Source of the DNA: an uncultured Acidobacteriota bacterium
Lineage (GTDB): Bacteria; Acidobacteriota; Vicinamibacteria; Vicinamibacterales; UBA8438
Assembly (NCBI GenBank): GCA_913043225.1
Contig: CAJWLU010000015.1
Location: 10,193 to 74,192 of the forward strand
Direction: 5' to 3'
Length of the DNA stretch: 64,000 bases
Part shown: piece by piece, positions 47,843-56,340 of the stretch
How positions within the stretch are numbered: position 1 is the first letter of the stretch
Layout: each line of letters opens with the position of its first letter
Notes under the pieces: generated by a model
Databases searched by the model: none
What the model was told of the DNA's origin: nothing
The model's input: only the letters and a program-made list of their open reading frames with translations
Position numbers and translations under genes: made by a program

Positions 47843-49387
47843 GTGGCCAGCCCTGGCTCGATCTGGCGTCGCGCGCTCATCTTCTGTCACCGTTGGCTTG
47901 GTATCGTCGGGAGCCTACTCCTTCTTACCTGGTTCGTCTCGGGCATCGTCCTGGTATATGCCGGGATGCCGGCTCTCGATCCGGCGGATCGACTGGCGCG
48001 GTTGTCGCCGCTCGATCTCAGCACCGCCACGGTGGGTGTCGGCGAGGTCGCCGTCACGGTCGGGTTCACGCCGCGTCGCATTCTGGTCGGGATGCTGGGC
48101 GAGCGACCCGTGTATCGCTTGGCGGGATCGGGCGGCTGGACCACCGTCTTTGCCGATACCGGTGAACAGCTGGACGGTTTGAGCCGAGAGGGAGCGCTGG
48201 GGGTGGCACGGCAGTTCGCGCCCGAGCACGCCGACACGGCTACCTACGACCGTCGTATGGTCGAGCCCGACCAGTGGACGTTGCAGAGCCTGGCGTTCTT
48301 CCCGCTCCACCGGATCACTCTGAACGATCCAGCCGGGACCGTACTGTATGTGTCTGAGCCGACGGCCGAGCCGGTGATGCGGACCACCAGCGCGGCTCGC
48401 CGCTGGGCCTACGCCGGCGCGGTGCTGCACTGGTTGTACTTCACACCGCTCCGGGCGAACGTGGGGCTCTGGAGCAACGTTGTCATCTGGCTCTCGATCT
48501 TCGGGTGTCTTCTCTGTCTGTCGGGAGTGGTGATCGGTTTACTGACTCTGGGAACGCGCGGGCACCGCTTCGCTAGTCCGTACTCCGGTCTGATGCGCTG
48601 GCATCACTATGCCGGTCTCGTGTTTGGTCTGGTTACCTTCACCTGGACCTTCAGCGGTGCGCTGTCGATGGAGCCCTGGAGCTGGCATCCAGGCACCGAG
48701 CCGCGGCGGAGTCAGGCCGAGGTCGTCGCGGGGGGGCTCCCCCGGCTCGGTGTGCTGACACCGCCCCACCTGCGGGCAGGCCTCGAGGTGTTAGCGGACG
48801 GCTTTCGTGCTCGTGAGATCGACGTGCTTCACTTTTTGGGGGTGCCCTACGGACTGGCGCTCGACCCGACGCCGCTCGGCGAGATGTCCGGCCTGCCGAA
48901 CACCCTCGCGCCGCTCGGGCAACATGGGCCCCGTCAGCGGTTGGTGGCGTTGGATGGGCGCGCGCCGGCCGCGTTCGAACGTTTCGAGGCCGACGCCTTC
49001 TCGGCGCTCCCCGAGGCGGTCATGCCCGGGGTGCGTGTCCTTGACCAGACCTGGCTACGGACCTACGACAACTACTACTACGATCGCGGTGGGCGGCGGC
49101 GGTTACCCGTCCTGCGGGTGCGCTACGACGATCCCCAGCAGACCTGGCTTTACTTCGACCCGTATCGAGGATCGATTGTAAGGAAAGAAGAGCGCTCGAC
49201 CCGGATCAATCGCTGGCTCTACCACGGTCTGCACAGCCTGGACTTCCCGTTCCTTTATGGCCACCGGCCGCTCTGGGACATTGTGGTTGTCGTGCTGAGC
49301 CTCGGCGGCATCGCGGTGAGCGTCACCCCGATCCGGCAAGGGTGGCGGCGGGTCCTGAGGCACGCGGTTCGATTGGTCGGGCGATGA
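47843..49387 (+). CDS. PepSY-associated TM helix domain protein
   Basis: HRWLGI, HWLYFTPLR, WHHYAGL, RWLYHGLHSLDF. Confidence 0.88.
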   Translation: MASPGSIWRRALIFCHRWLGIVGSLLLLTWFVSGIVLVYAGMPALDPADRLARLSPLDLSTATVGVGEVAVTVGFTPRRILVGMLGERPVYRLAGSGGWTTVFADTGEQLDGLSREGALGVARQFAPEHADTATYDRRMVEPDQWTLQSLAFFPLHRITLNDPAGTVLYVSEPTAEPVMRTTSAARRWAYAGAVLHWLYFTPLRANVGLWSNVVIWLSIFGCLLCLSGVVIGLLTLGTRGHRFASPYSGLMRWHHYAGLVFGLVTFTWTFSGALSMEPWSWHPGTEPRRSQAEVVAGGLPRLGVLTPPHLRAGLEVLADGFRAREIDVLHFLGVPYGLALDPTPLGEMSGLPNTLAPLGQHGPRQRLVALDGRAPAAFERFEADAFSALPEAVMPGVRVLDQTWLRTYDNYYYDRGGRRRLPVLRVRYDDPQQTWLYFDPYRGSIVRKEERSTRINRWLYHGLHSLDFPFLYGHRPLWDIVVVVLSLGGIAVSVTPIRQGWRRVLRHAVRLVGR

Positions 49388-49411
49388 CGCGGCGTTCGAA
49401 CAGGCTCTTCC

Positions 49412-49440
49412 TTGACCAGTGCGAGCCGGCGAGGTAGACT
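49412..49440 (+). promoter_or_regulatory. Sigma70-type promoter for the DUF6644 cassette
   Basis: TTGACC-17 nt-TAGACT. Confidence 0.7.
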
Positions 49441-49579
49441 CCGCGTCACCGTTTCGAACGGTGCACCCCGGCCAGTGAGTCCTTGGGCTCTCCCGGGTGA
49501 TGTATGCCGGTGGGCGGTTTCGGTTCAGCTGGCCACGTAGGCTGAACCCGCTTGGGTTGACTAGGGAGAAAGCTAGCGG

Positions 49580-50107
49580 ATGCTACGGGAGTTGTTTGAG
49601 TGGGTCGAGGCGTTTCCCAGCAGTTTGTCGCTGCGCGAGTCGCTCAACGGTTACGTCTACTGCTTGACGGCCCACGTCGCCAGCATGGGGCTGGTGGCCG
49701 GTCTCATTGGCTTCTGGGATATGCGGCTGGCTGGGCTGGCGCTACGCGGAATCCGGGTCACGAAGGTGCAGTCTGGCCTGTTTCCCTTGATGTTCGTGGG
49801 ACTGGGAATCAACGCCATTACCGGAATCCTGATGGTGTACGCGCAGCCGATGCGCTACTATCCTAACTTCTGGTTTTGGATGAAGATGGGGATGTTGGTG
49901 GTTGTGGCCGTGAATGCAGCCTACTTCCACATGAATATCGAGAAGAGCGTCGACAAGTGGGACAGCGATCCGATCGCACCGCTCCAGGCTCGTGTGGCGG
50001 GTTACGTGTCGCTCGCCTTCTGGTTCGGGATCATCGCCACCGGTCGCATGGTCGCCTACAGCGGGTTAGTCCCGCAGTGGTGGCTCGACCTGGGGCTGGG
50101 GTCGTAG
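49580..50107 (+). CDS. DUF6644-like four-TM membrane protein
   Basis: LRES..Y...AHV, DMRLAG, TG.LM, YYPNFWFWMKM, GRMVAY. Confidence 0.75.
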   Translation: MLRELFEWVEAFPSSLSLRESLNGYVYCLTAHVASMGLVAGLIGFWDMRLAGLALRGIRVTKVQSGLFPLMFVGLGINAITGILMVYAQPMRYYPNFWFWMKMGMLVVVAVNAAYFHMNIEKSVDKWDSDPIAPLQARVAGYVSLAFWFGIIATGRMVAYSGLVPQWWLDLGLGS

Positions 50108-50111
50108 TCTG

Positions 50112-50588
50112 ATGTTGCAACCGTTCTTCGAGTGGATGCAGGGGCTCAGATTTAGTGCCTTCTTCCTGGAGTCTGTCTGGCCCACCCCGATCGTTCAGGT
50201 GATCCATCTGAGCACCGTTGCACTCTTCATCGGCTCGGTGCTAGTCGTGGATCTTCGGCTGCTGGGGCGAGGGCTGATTGACCAATCAATTTCGGAGCTC
50301 ACCAGGAAGGTGCAGCCGTTCCTGCTCTGGAGCTTTGTGGTGCTCGTGCTCACCGGTATCCCCCAGATGTCGTCCACGGCGCTGAAGCAGTACTACAGCC
50401 CGTTCTTCTGGTGGAAGATGGGGATGGTGTTCTTCGGACTGATCGTCACGTTCGGGGTGCGCCGATACATTGCGTCGAAGGAGGAAGGGTACTTCGGTCT
50501 TGTGTGGCCGAAAGTGATTGGTCTGACGTCGATAGCGCTCTGGACGAGTGTGACCATCGGCGCCCGGCTGATCGGATTGTTGTCATAG
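50112..50588 (+). CDS. DUF6644-like four-TM membrane protein (second paralogue)
   Basis: VIHL, VDLRLLG, TGIPQ, YYSPFFWWKM, ARLIG. Confidence 0.75.
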   Translation: MLQPFFEWMQGLRFSAFFLESVWPTPIVQVIHLSTVALFIGSVLVVDLRLLGRGLIDQSISELTRKVQPFLLWSFVVLVLTGIPQMSSTALKQYYSPFFWWKMGMVFFGLIVTFGVRRYIASKEEGYFGLVWPKVIGLTSIALWTSVTIGARLIGLLS

Positions 50589-50680
50589 GAGCAAGGTGAC
50601 GTCGGTGGTCCGGGCCGTTTCGCTGTGAGACGGGCGGGCCAGTTAAGGACACGCGCGTGGCGTGAGGGAGACATAGCACA

Positions 50681-51571
50681 ATGCGAAATCGGCTCAAGAC
50701 CACGATGATTGCTGGCGCGACGGCGGCCGTGCTGGCCGTCGGCTTCACGCTGGCGCCCCAGACAGTGGAGGGGCAGGATGGCTATCGCGCCCCCCGCACC
50801 GCCGATGGCCAGCCTGACCTGAACGGGATCTGGCAGGCACTCGGCGCCCAACACTACGATATCGAACCGCATGCCGCGCGCTTCGGTCCCGTGGTGGAGA
50901 TGGCGGCCCACGGGGCGATCCCCGCCGGGCTCGGCATCGTCGAGGGCGGCGAGATTCCGTATCGTCCGGAAGCTCGGGCCCAGCAGCAGGAGAACCTCAA
51001 TTTCTGGCTGGAGCGTGACCCGGCCACCAAGTGCTACATGCCCGGGATTCCGCGGGCGAACTACATGCCCTATCCGTTCCAGTTGGTGCAGACGCCCGAG
51101 TACGTGCTCTTCGCGTACGAGTTCGCGAGCGCGAGCCGGATCGTCTACATGGACCGCCCCGACTTCGAGGCGCCGGTCGATTCCTGGATGGGTCACAATA
51201 TCGGTCGATGGGAGGGTGAAAGCCTGGTCATCGACGTGACTGCCCAGATGCCGGACACCTGGTTCGATATGTCAGGCAACCACCACAGCGTGAACATGGC
51301 TGTGGAGGAGCGCTGGACTGCTCTCAGCGAAAACCACCTGATGTATGAGGCGACCATCACCGACGATGAGATCTTCACGCGGCCTTGGACGATCCGGATG
51401 CCGATGTATCGCCGCATCGACGAGAACATGCAGCTGCTCGAGTACAAGTGCGTCGAGTTCGCCGAGGAGCTGATGTACGGCCATCTGCGGAAGGATCCGG
51501 ACCTGACCCCCGTCTTCCGGGCCAGCGGATATGGCTCCGATCGCGAGATCGTGCTCGAGCCGCCGCAGTAG
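50681..51571 (+). CDS. Exported conserved hypothetical protein ('PDLxGxW' family)
   Basis: Signal peptide; GQPDLNGIW, KCYMPGIPR, SWMGHNIGRWEG, LLEYKCVE. Confidence 0.8.
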   Translation: MRNRLKTTMIAGATAAVLAVGFTLAPQTVEGQDGYRAPRTADGQPDLNGIWQALGAQHYDIEPHAARFGPVVEMAAHGAIPAGLGIVEGGEIPYRPEARAQQQENLNFWLERDPATKCYMPGIPRANYMPYPFQLVQTPEYVLFAYEFASASRIVYMDRPDFEAPVDSWMGHNIGRWEGESLVIDVTAQMPDTWFDMSGNHHSVNMAVEERWTALSENHLMYEATITDDEIFTRPWTIRMPMYRRIDENMQLLEYKCVEFAEELMYGHLRKDPDLTPVFRASGYGSDREIVLEPPQ

Positions 51572-51625
51572 TTGTAGTAGTCAGTTTGCACCGGGCCATG
51601 GTACCCATACTGCCGTGGCCCGGTG

Positions 51626-51654
51626 TTGACGAATCCACCGCAATGGGTGATAAT
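51626..51654 (+). promoter_or_regulatory. Sigma70-type promoter for the DUF6152 gene
   Basis: TTGACG-17 nt-GATAAT. Confidence 0.7.
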
Positions 51655-51692
51655 GCTGGAAAAGTTTGCTCACACCGAGGAGGCATAGCCGA

Positions 51693-52109
51693 ATGCGAAG
51701 AAATATAGCCGTTGTCGTGGCCGGAGTTGTCATGGCGCTGGCCACTGTACCGGTGGTCGCGCATCATGCATTTTCGGCAGAGTTCGATGCCAATCGCCCC
51801 ATCCACCTTGAAGGCACCGTGGTGAAGATGGAGTGGATCAACCCCCACGCTTGGGTGCATCTGGAGCTTGAAGATGGGACCGTGTGGATGGTCGAGGGCG
51901 GCACGCCCAACACCCTTCTGCGCCGCGGTTTCACCAAGAACTCGCTGCTGCCAGGCACTAAGATCATCGTCGACGGTTACCAGGCGAAGGACGGGTCGGA
52001 AAAGGGTAATGGCCGTGACCTGACCTTCGAAGATGGTCGGAAACTGTTCATGGGGTCATCCGGCACCGGCGCGCCGAGAGACGGTCGCGACGCCACCGAG
52101 CCGAATTAA
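51693..52109 (+). CDS. DUF6152-family exported protein
   Basis: Signal peptide ending VVA, then HHAFSAEFD, EWINPH, W.VEGGTPN; RBS GAGGAGG. Confidence 0.85.
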   Translation: MRRNIAVVVAGVVMALATVPVVAHHAFSAEFDANRPIHLEGTVVKMEWINPHAWVHLELEDGTVWMVEGGTPNTLLRRGFTKNSLLPGTKIIVDGYQAKDGSEKGNGRDLTFEDGRKLFMGSSGTGAPRDGRDATEPN

Positions 52110-52131
52110 GCCCCGCTCGGCGTAACGTATC

Positions 52132-52171
52132 GAAGAGCCCGGATGCATCTGCGTCCGGGCTTTTCTTTTTT
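52132..52171 (+). terminator. Rho-independent terminator
   Basis: AGCCCGGATGC-ATCT-GCGTCCGGGCT stem followed by TTTCTTTTTT. Confidence 0.9.
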
Positions 52172-52307
52172 GGAGCGACCTTCCACCTGACTGGCCAGGC
52201 AGGTGACCGGTCGGGGAGCTCTGAGACGTTTCGAGGTATGCACGCAGCCCTCAGCGCCCCGTTGCAGGGCCGCGCCTGCCGTGTCAGAGTCTTGGGGGAG
52301 ATTCAGA

Positions 52308-53804
52308 ATGGCATTAAAGACGCCTGCGGAGTACGTCGACAGCTTGCGCGATCTAAGCATCCGTGCCTACGTGAACGGAGAGCGGATCGAGAGCGTCGCC
52401 GATCACCCGTCCATCGCGCCGCACATCAACACCGTGGCGAAGACCTACGAGCTGGCCCATGACCCGGAGCACCGGGACGTGATGACCGCAGAGAGTCACC
52501 TCACGGGTGAGCGCATCCATAGGTATACCCACATCTTCCACAGTGCCGACGATCTCGTGAAGAAGATCCAGATGCTGCGGCTGCTGGGGCAGGTCACGGG
52601 CACCTGCTTTCAGCGGTGTGTCGGTCTCGATGCCCTCAATGCGCTCTACGCCATCACCTACGAGATCGATGAGAAGGAGGGCACTACCTACCACCGGCGC
52701 TTCTGCGATTATCTGACCGGCGTGCAGCGCGCCGACCTGATGCTGGCCGGCGCCATGACCGATCCCAAGGGGCACCGGGCCAAGCGGCCTAGCCAGCAGG
52801 ATGATCCAGACCAGTTCGTTCGGGTGGTCGAACGTCGGGACGACGGGGTGGTTATCCGGGGAGCGAAGCTGCATAACACCGGAGGCATCAACTCCCACGA
52901 GGTTCTTGTCATGCCGGGCACTGGGCTATCGGACGAAGAGTCCGACTATGCCGTGGCGTGCGCGGTGCCGGCCAATGCCGACGGCGTGCTCTTCATCTTC
53001 GGTCGGCAGTCGAACGACAACCGGAAGCTGGAGGGGGGCTGTGACATCGGCAACCCCCGGTTCGGGGTGGTGGGCGGCGAAGCCATGGTGGTATTTGACG
53101 ACGTGTTCGTGCCGAACGAGCGCGTGTTTATGAACGGCGAGGCCAAGTACGCCGGCACCATGGTGAATTACTTCGCCACGTGGCACCGTGCCAACTATGG
53201 CGGGTGCAAGGGAGGCAACGCCGACGTCCTGATCGGCGCGACCGCCAAGATGACCAAGGTGTTGGGCACCGAACGGAACTCGGTGGTGCGCGACAAGCTG
53301 ACCGAGATGATCCACATGAACGAGACCACCTATGCCTCGGCCATTGGGGCCAGCGCCATGGGTTACGCACTACCTTGCGGCGCCTACATGGTCGACCCGA
53401 TGATGGCCAATACTGTGAAGCAGAACATCACCCGGAACGTCTACCAGATCGGCCGATTGAGTCACGACCTTGCGGGCGGGTTCCTCGCCACCATGCCAGG
53501 CGAGCAGTCGTTTGATAATCCCGAGATTGCGCGATTCGTTGAGAAGTATCATCAGGCCAATCCGGAGTACCAGACCCGCGAGCGGGTTAAGCTCGGGCGG
53601 TACATCGAGAATATGACCAGCGTGACCACGATGGTCGAAGCGATGCATGGCGCGGGTTCACCACAGGCCCAGCGGATTGTCATGCTGGGGCAGGCGGATA
53701 TCGACAAGAAGATCGAGATGGCTGAGCAGGTCATCGACGGCGACGACGATGTGAATGGGCTTCCCTTGCCAGGAAAGCGCCAGCCAGCGGAGGTGGAGGG
53801 ATAG
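52308..53804 (+). CDS. abfD: 4-hydroxybutyryl-CoA dehydratase (FAD/[4Fe-4S])
   Basis: TGTCFQRCVG and HRANYGGCK Fe-S ligand motifs, AMTDPKG, MHGAGSPQAQ. Confidence 0.85.
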   Translation: MALKTPAEYVDSLRDLSIRAYVNGERIESVADHPSIAPHINTVAKTYELAHDPEHRDVMTAESHLTGERIHRYTHIFHSADDLVKKIQMLRLLGQVTGTCFQRCVGLDALNALYAITYEIDEKEGTTYHRRFCDYLTGVQRADLMLAGAMTDPKGHRAKRPSQQDDPDQFVRVVERRDDGVVIRGAKLHNTGGINSHEVLVMPGTGLSDEESDYAVACAVPANADGVLFIFGRQSNDNRKLEGGCDIGNPRFGVVGGEAMVVFDDVFVPNERVFMNGEAKYAGTMVNYFATWHRANYGGCKGGNADVLIGATAKMTKVLGTERNSVVRDKLTEMIHMNETTYASAIGASAMGYALPCGAYMVDPMMANTVKQNITRNVYQIGRLSHDLAGGFLATMPGEQSFDNPEIARFVEKYHQANPEYQTRERVKLGRYIENMTSVTTMVEAMHGAGSPQAQRIVMLGQADIDKKIEMAEQVIDGDDDVNGLPLPGKRQPAEVEG

Positions 53805-53813
53805 ACGGCGGAG

Positions 53814-54404
53814 ATGTGCAAACGACGAGCCTGGTTTCTGGCCTTTTGGCTGGCCATCCCCATGCCGGGGTTGGCCCAAACGGACACACGCAGCACAACC
53901 GACATCGCCCGCCCGTCCTCGCCCGACCCTGATCGCTGGCGACTACAGCTGGTCGGGGGGGTCTTTCGCGAAGCCTGGGATATGAACGCCTCGCGTGAGC
54001 ATCTGGTGGGCGCCTCGGTCGGCGTCTCGCGCGATCTCAGCCGGTCTTGGATACTGGGCTTCGAGGCCCACCTCATGCACGTCAATCAGTCGCCGGAAGT
54101 CGATGCGTTCCTGTCGGCGGGGACCGTGGTACTGCGGTGGCGTGCCTATCGCGGTCCAAACACCACGATCTTCATCGAGGGCGGGGGCGGTATCTCCTAC
54201 GCCTCGAATGAGGTGCCGGGCCATGGGACCCGTTTCAACTTCGTGTCACAGACCGGCGTGGGGATGGCCCGCGCGCTGAACTCCCGGATTGAACTGGTGG
54301 GCGGGCTTCGCTGGCTCCATGTCTCGAATAACAGCCTGCGAGGGCATTCGCGGAATCCCGACATTCAGGCCGTCGGGATATACTTCGGCTGGCAAGTCCG
54401 TTAG
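53814..54404 (+). CDS. Outer-membrane beta-barrel, PagL/acyloxyacyl hydrolase-like
   Basis: Signal peptide; GTRFNF..Q.G.G, RWLHVSN, RNP. Confidence 0.75.
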   Translation: MCKRRAWFLAFWLAIPMPGLAQTDTRSTTDIARPSSPDPDRWRLQLVGGVFREAWDMNASREHLVGASVGVSRDLSRSWILGFEAHLMHVNQSPEVDAFLSAGTVVLRWRAYRGPNTTIFIEGGGGISYASNEVPGHGTRFNFVSQTGVGMARALNSRIELVGGLRWLHVSNNSLRGHSRNPDIQAVGIYFGWQVR

Positions 54405-54548
54405 CGGTTTCCTGACGAGGGACCTGCCCGGCGTCGTTGCTTCGTCGGTCACAGGCTTCCGGCCTGCCCTCTTGCGCCTTGCCAGGGGAACCTCTCGGCA
54501 GGAAATCTTGGCAGCCTAGCTCGCGTACAATGTGGGGGAAGACCCATC

Positions 54549-55487
54549 ATGTCCATGAGGGTTCGCGTCCGCATGTTCGGCGCCGCCGTGGCCCTGTTAC
54601 TGGCGCCCACCCTGGTCGCTCGCGCCCAGACCAGCCCGCAAGCGTCTGAAGACGCGGCCGTTTTCCGCGGTGGGGTTGAACTGGTCCAGATGTCTGCCAC
54701 GGTCTTCGACCGGGACGGCCGGCTTATCGGCGACCTTGCGGCGGCCGATTTCGAGATCTTCGAGGATGGCGAGCCACAGGAGCTTGCCCACTTCACCCGG
54801 GAACGGGTCCCATTAAGTCTCGGCGTCGTGCTCGACGTTAGCCAGAGCATGTTCGGCCAACGGATTGACGATGCCCGGCTGGCACTAGATCAATTCCTGG
54901 CCGATCGATTGCGACCCGACGACGAGGTCTTCGTGGTCGTGTTCAATCACAAGCCGCTGGTGGAGGTGGAGTGGACGGTGGGACCGCGTCAGCTGCGAAA
55001 CCGGCTCGACACGGTGCGGCCGTACGGTGGCACGAGCATCTACGACGCGATGATGGAGGCGTTGCCGCTGTTTGACGAGCGGAGTAACCAGCGCGCCGCG
55101 GTCGTGCTAATCTCGGATGGTTCGGACACGGGGAGCCGTGCCGAACTCCGGGACGTCCAGCACGAGCTTCGTCGGAGCGACGCGTTCGTTTATGCCATCG
55201 CGATCGATGCTCCGAAGACCCGACCGATCAACGACCGGGTCAATCCTCTGGCGCTGAGTGAGATTACCGACGAGAGCGGCGGCTACACCGAGGTGGTGCA
55301 CGACAGTCCCGAGTTGAGTCCGGCGACCGAGCGGATCGCCTACGAGCTGAATCATCAGTACACGCTGGGCTACGTGCCGGAGCGTCCCCCTGACGGGTCC
55401 TATCGGTCTATTCGTGTACGGGTCGCCGGTGGCGAATACCAGGTTCGTACCAGACGCGGGTATGTTGCGGAGCGGTCCGCTCGGTGA
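54549..55487 (+). CDS. VWA domain protein (acidobacterial VWFA-related type)
   Basis: FRGGVELV, FEDGEPQ, DVSQSM MIDAS motif, GGTSIYDA, ISDGSD, QYTLGY, RTRRGY. Confidence 0.9.
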   Translation: MSMRVRVRMFGAAVALLLAPTLVARAQTSPQASEDAAVFRGGVELVQMSATVFDRDGRLIGDLAAADFEIFEDGEPQELAHFTRERVPLSLGVVLDVSQSMFGQRIDDARLALDQFLADRLRPDDEVFVVVFNHKPLVEVEWTVGPRQLRNRLDTVRPYGGTSIYDAMMEALPLFDERSNQRAAVVLISDGSDTGSRAELRDVQHELRRSDAFVYAIAIDAPKTRPINDRVNPLALSEITDESGGYTEVVHDSPELSPATERIAYELNHQYTLGYVPERPPDGSYRSIRVRVAGGEYQVRTRRGYVAERSAR

Positions 55488-55626
55488 GCTCAGCACCCGG
55501 GCCGCTCGGCTTGTCGAGCAGCACGCGTTCGACCCGCTAGTCTCAATTCGGTCTCTAACCGTCCGATTCGGTCTGTTTTCCGGGACGAAGCTGCCCGGAA
55601 GCTGGCCTCGGTGTATCGTTCTGTCG

Positions 55627-56340
55627 ATGCACGTGCTCGAAGCGGTTGACCTCCACAAGACCTATGGCGATGGAGCTGGCGGTGTCCAGGCGCTGGCCGG
55701 GGTCAGCCTGACCCTGTCAGCCGGTGAACTGGTGGCGGTGGTCGGGCCATCTGGCTGCGGGAAGTCGACTCTGCTGCATCTCTGCGGTGCGATGGATCGT
55801 CCGACCTCAGGTCGGGTCCACGTGGGGGGAGTTACGCTCGCCGATCTCGACGACGAGGCACTCACTCAGTTGCGGCGAGAACGCGTCGGTTTCGTCTTCC
55901 AGTTCTTTAACCTGCTTCCGACCCTGACACTGCAGGAGAACATCGAGTTGCCGCTCCTGCTCGCCGGTGTGGAGGCGACCGAGTCTGAGCGGCGGGCTCG
56001 GGCGAGCGCCGAGCGGGTGGGAATCGAGCATCGACGCGACCATCATCCTGGCGCAGTCTCCGGGGGTGAACTGCAGCGGGCCGCGGTGGCCCGCGCGCTT
56101 GTGCATGAGCCGGCCCTGGTGATTGCGGACGAGCCCACGGGCAATCTAGACAGCGAGAACGGGCGTCTAGTGCTGACGCTGCTTACCGAGCTGACCAGGC
56201 AAACCGGGGTGGCGATGCTCCTGGCCACTCACGATCAGGCGATCGCGGCGGCCGCCGATCGGGTGGTGCGGATGCGCGACGGGCTTGAGGCACGAGACAC
56301 CGACGTCACGATTTTTGGCGCCGTCGCCCCGTCGTCATGA
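55627..56340 (+). CDS. ABC transporter ATP-binding protein, LolD-like
   Basis: [28 protein letters not shown]. Confidence 0.95.
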   Translation: MHVLEAVDLHKTYGDGAGGVQALAGVSLTLSAGELVAVVGPSGCGKSTLLHLCGAMDRPTSGRVHVGGVTLADLDDEALTQLRRERVGFVFQFFNLLPTLTLQENIELPLLLAGVEATESERRARASAERVGIEHRRDHHPGAVSGGELQRAAVARALVHEPALVIADEPTGNLDSENGRLVLTLLTELTRQTGVAMLLATHDQAIAAAADRVVRMRDGLEARDTDVTIFGAVAPSS

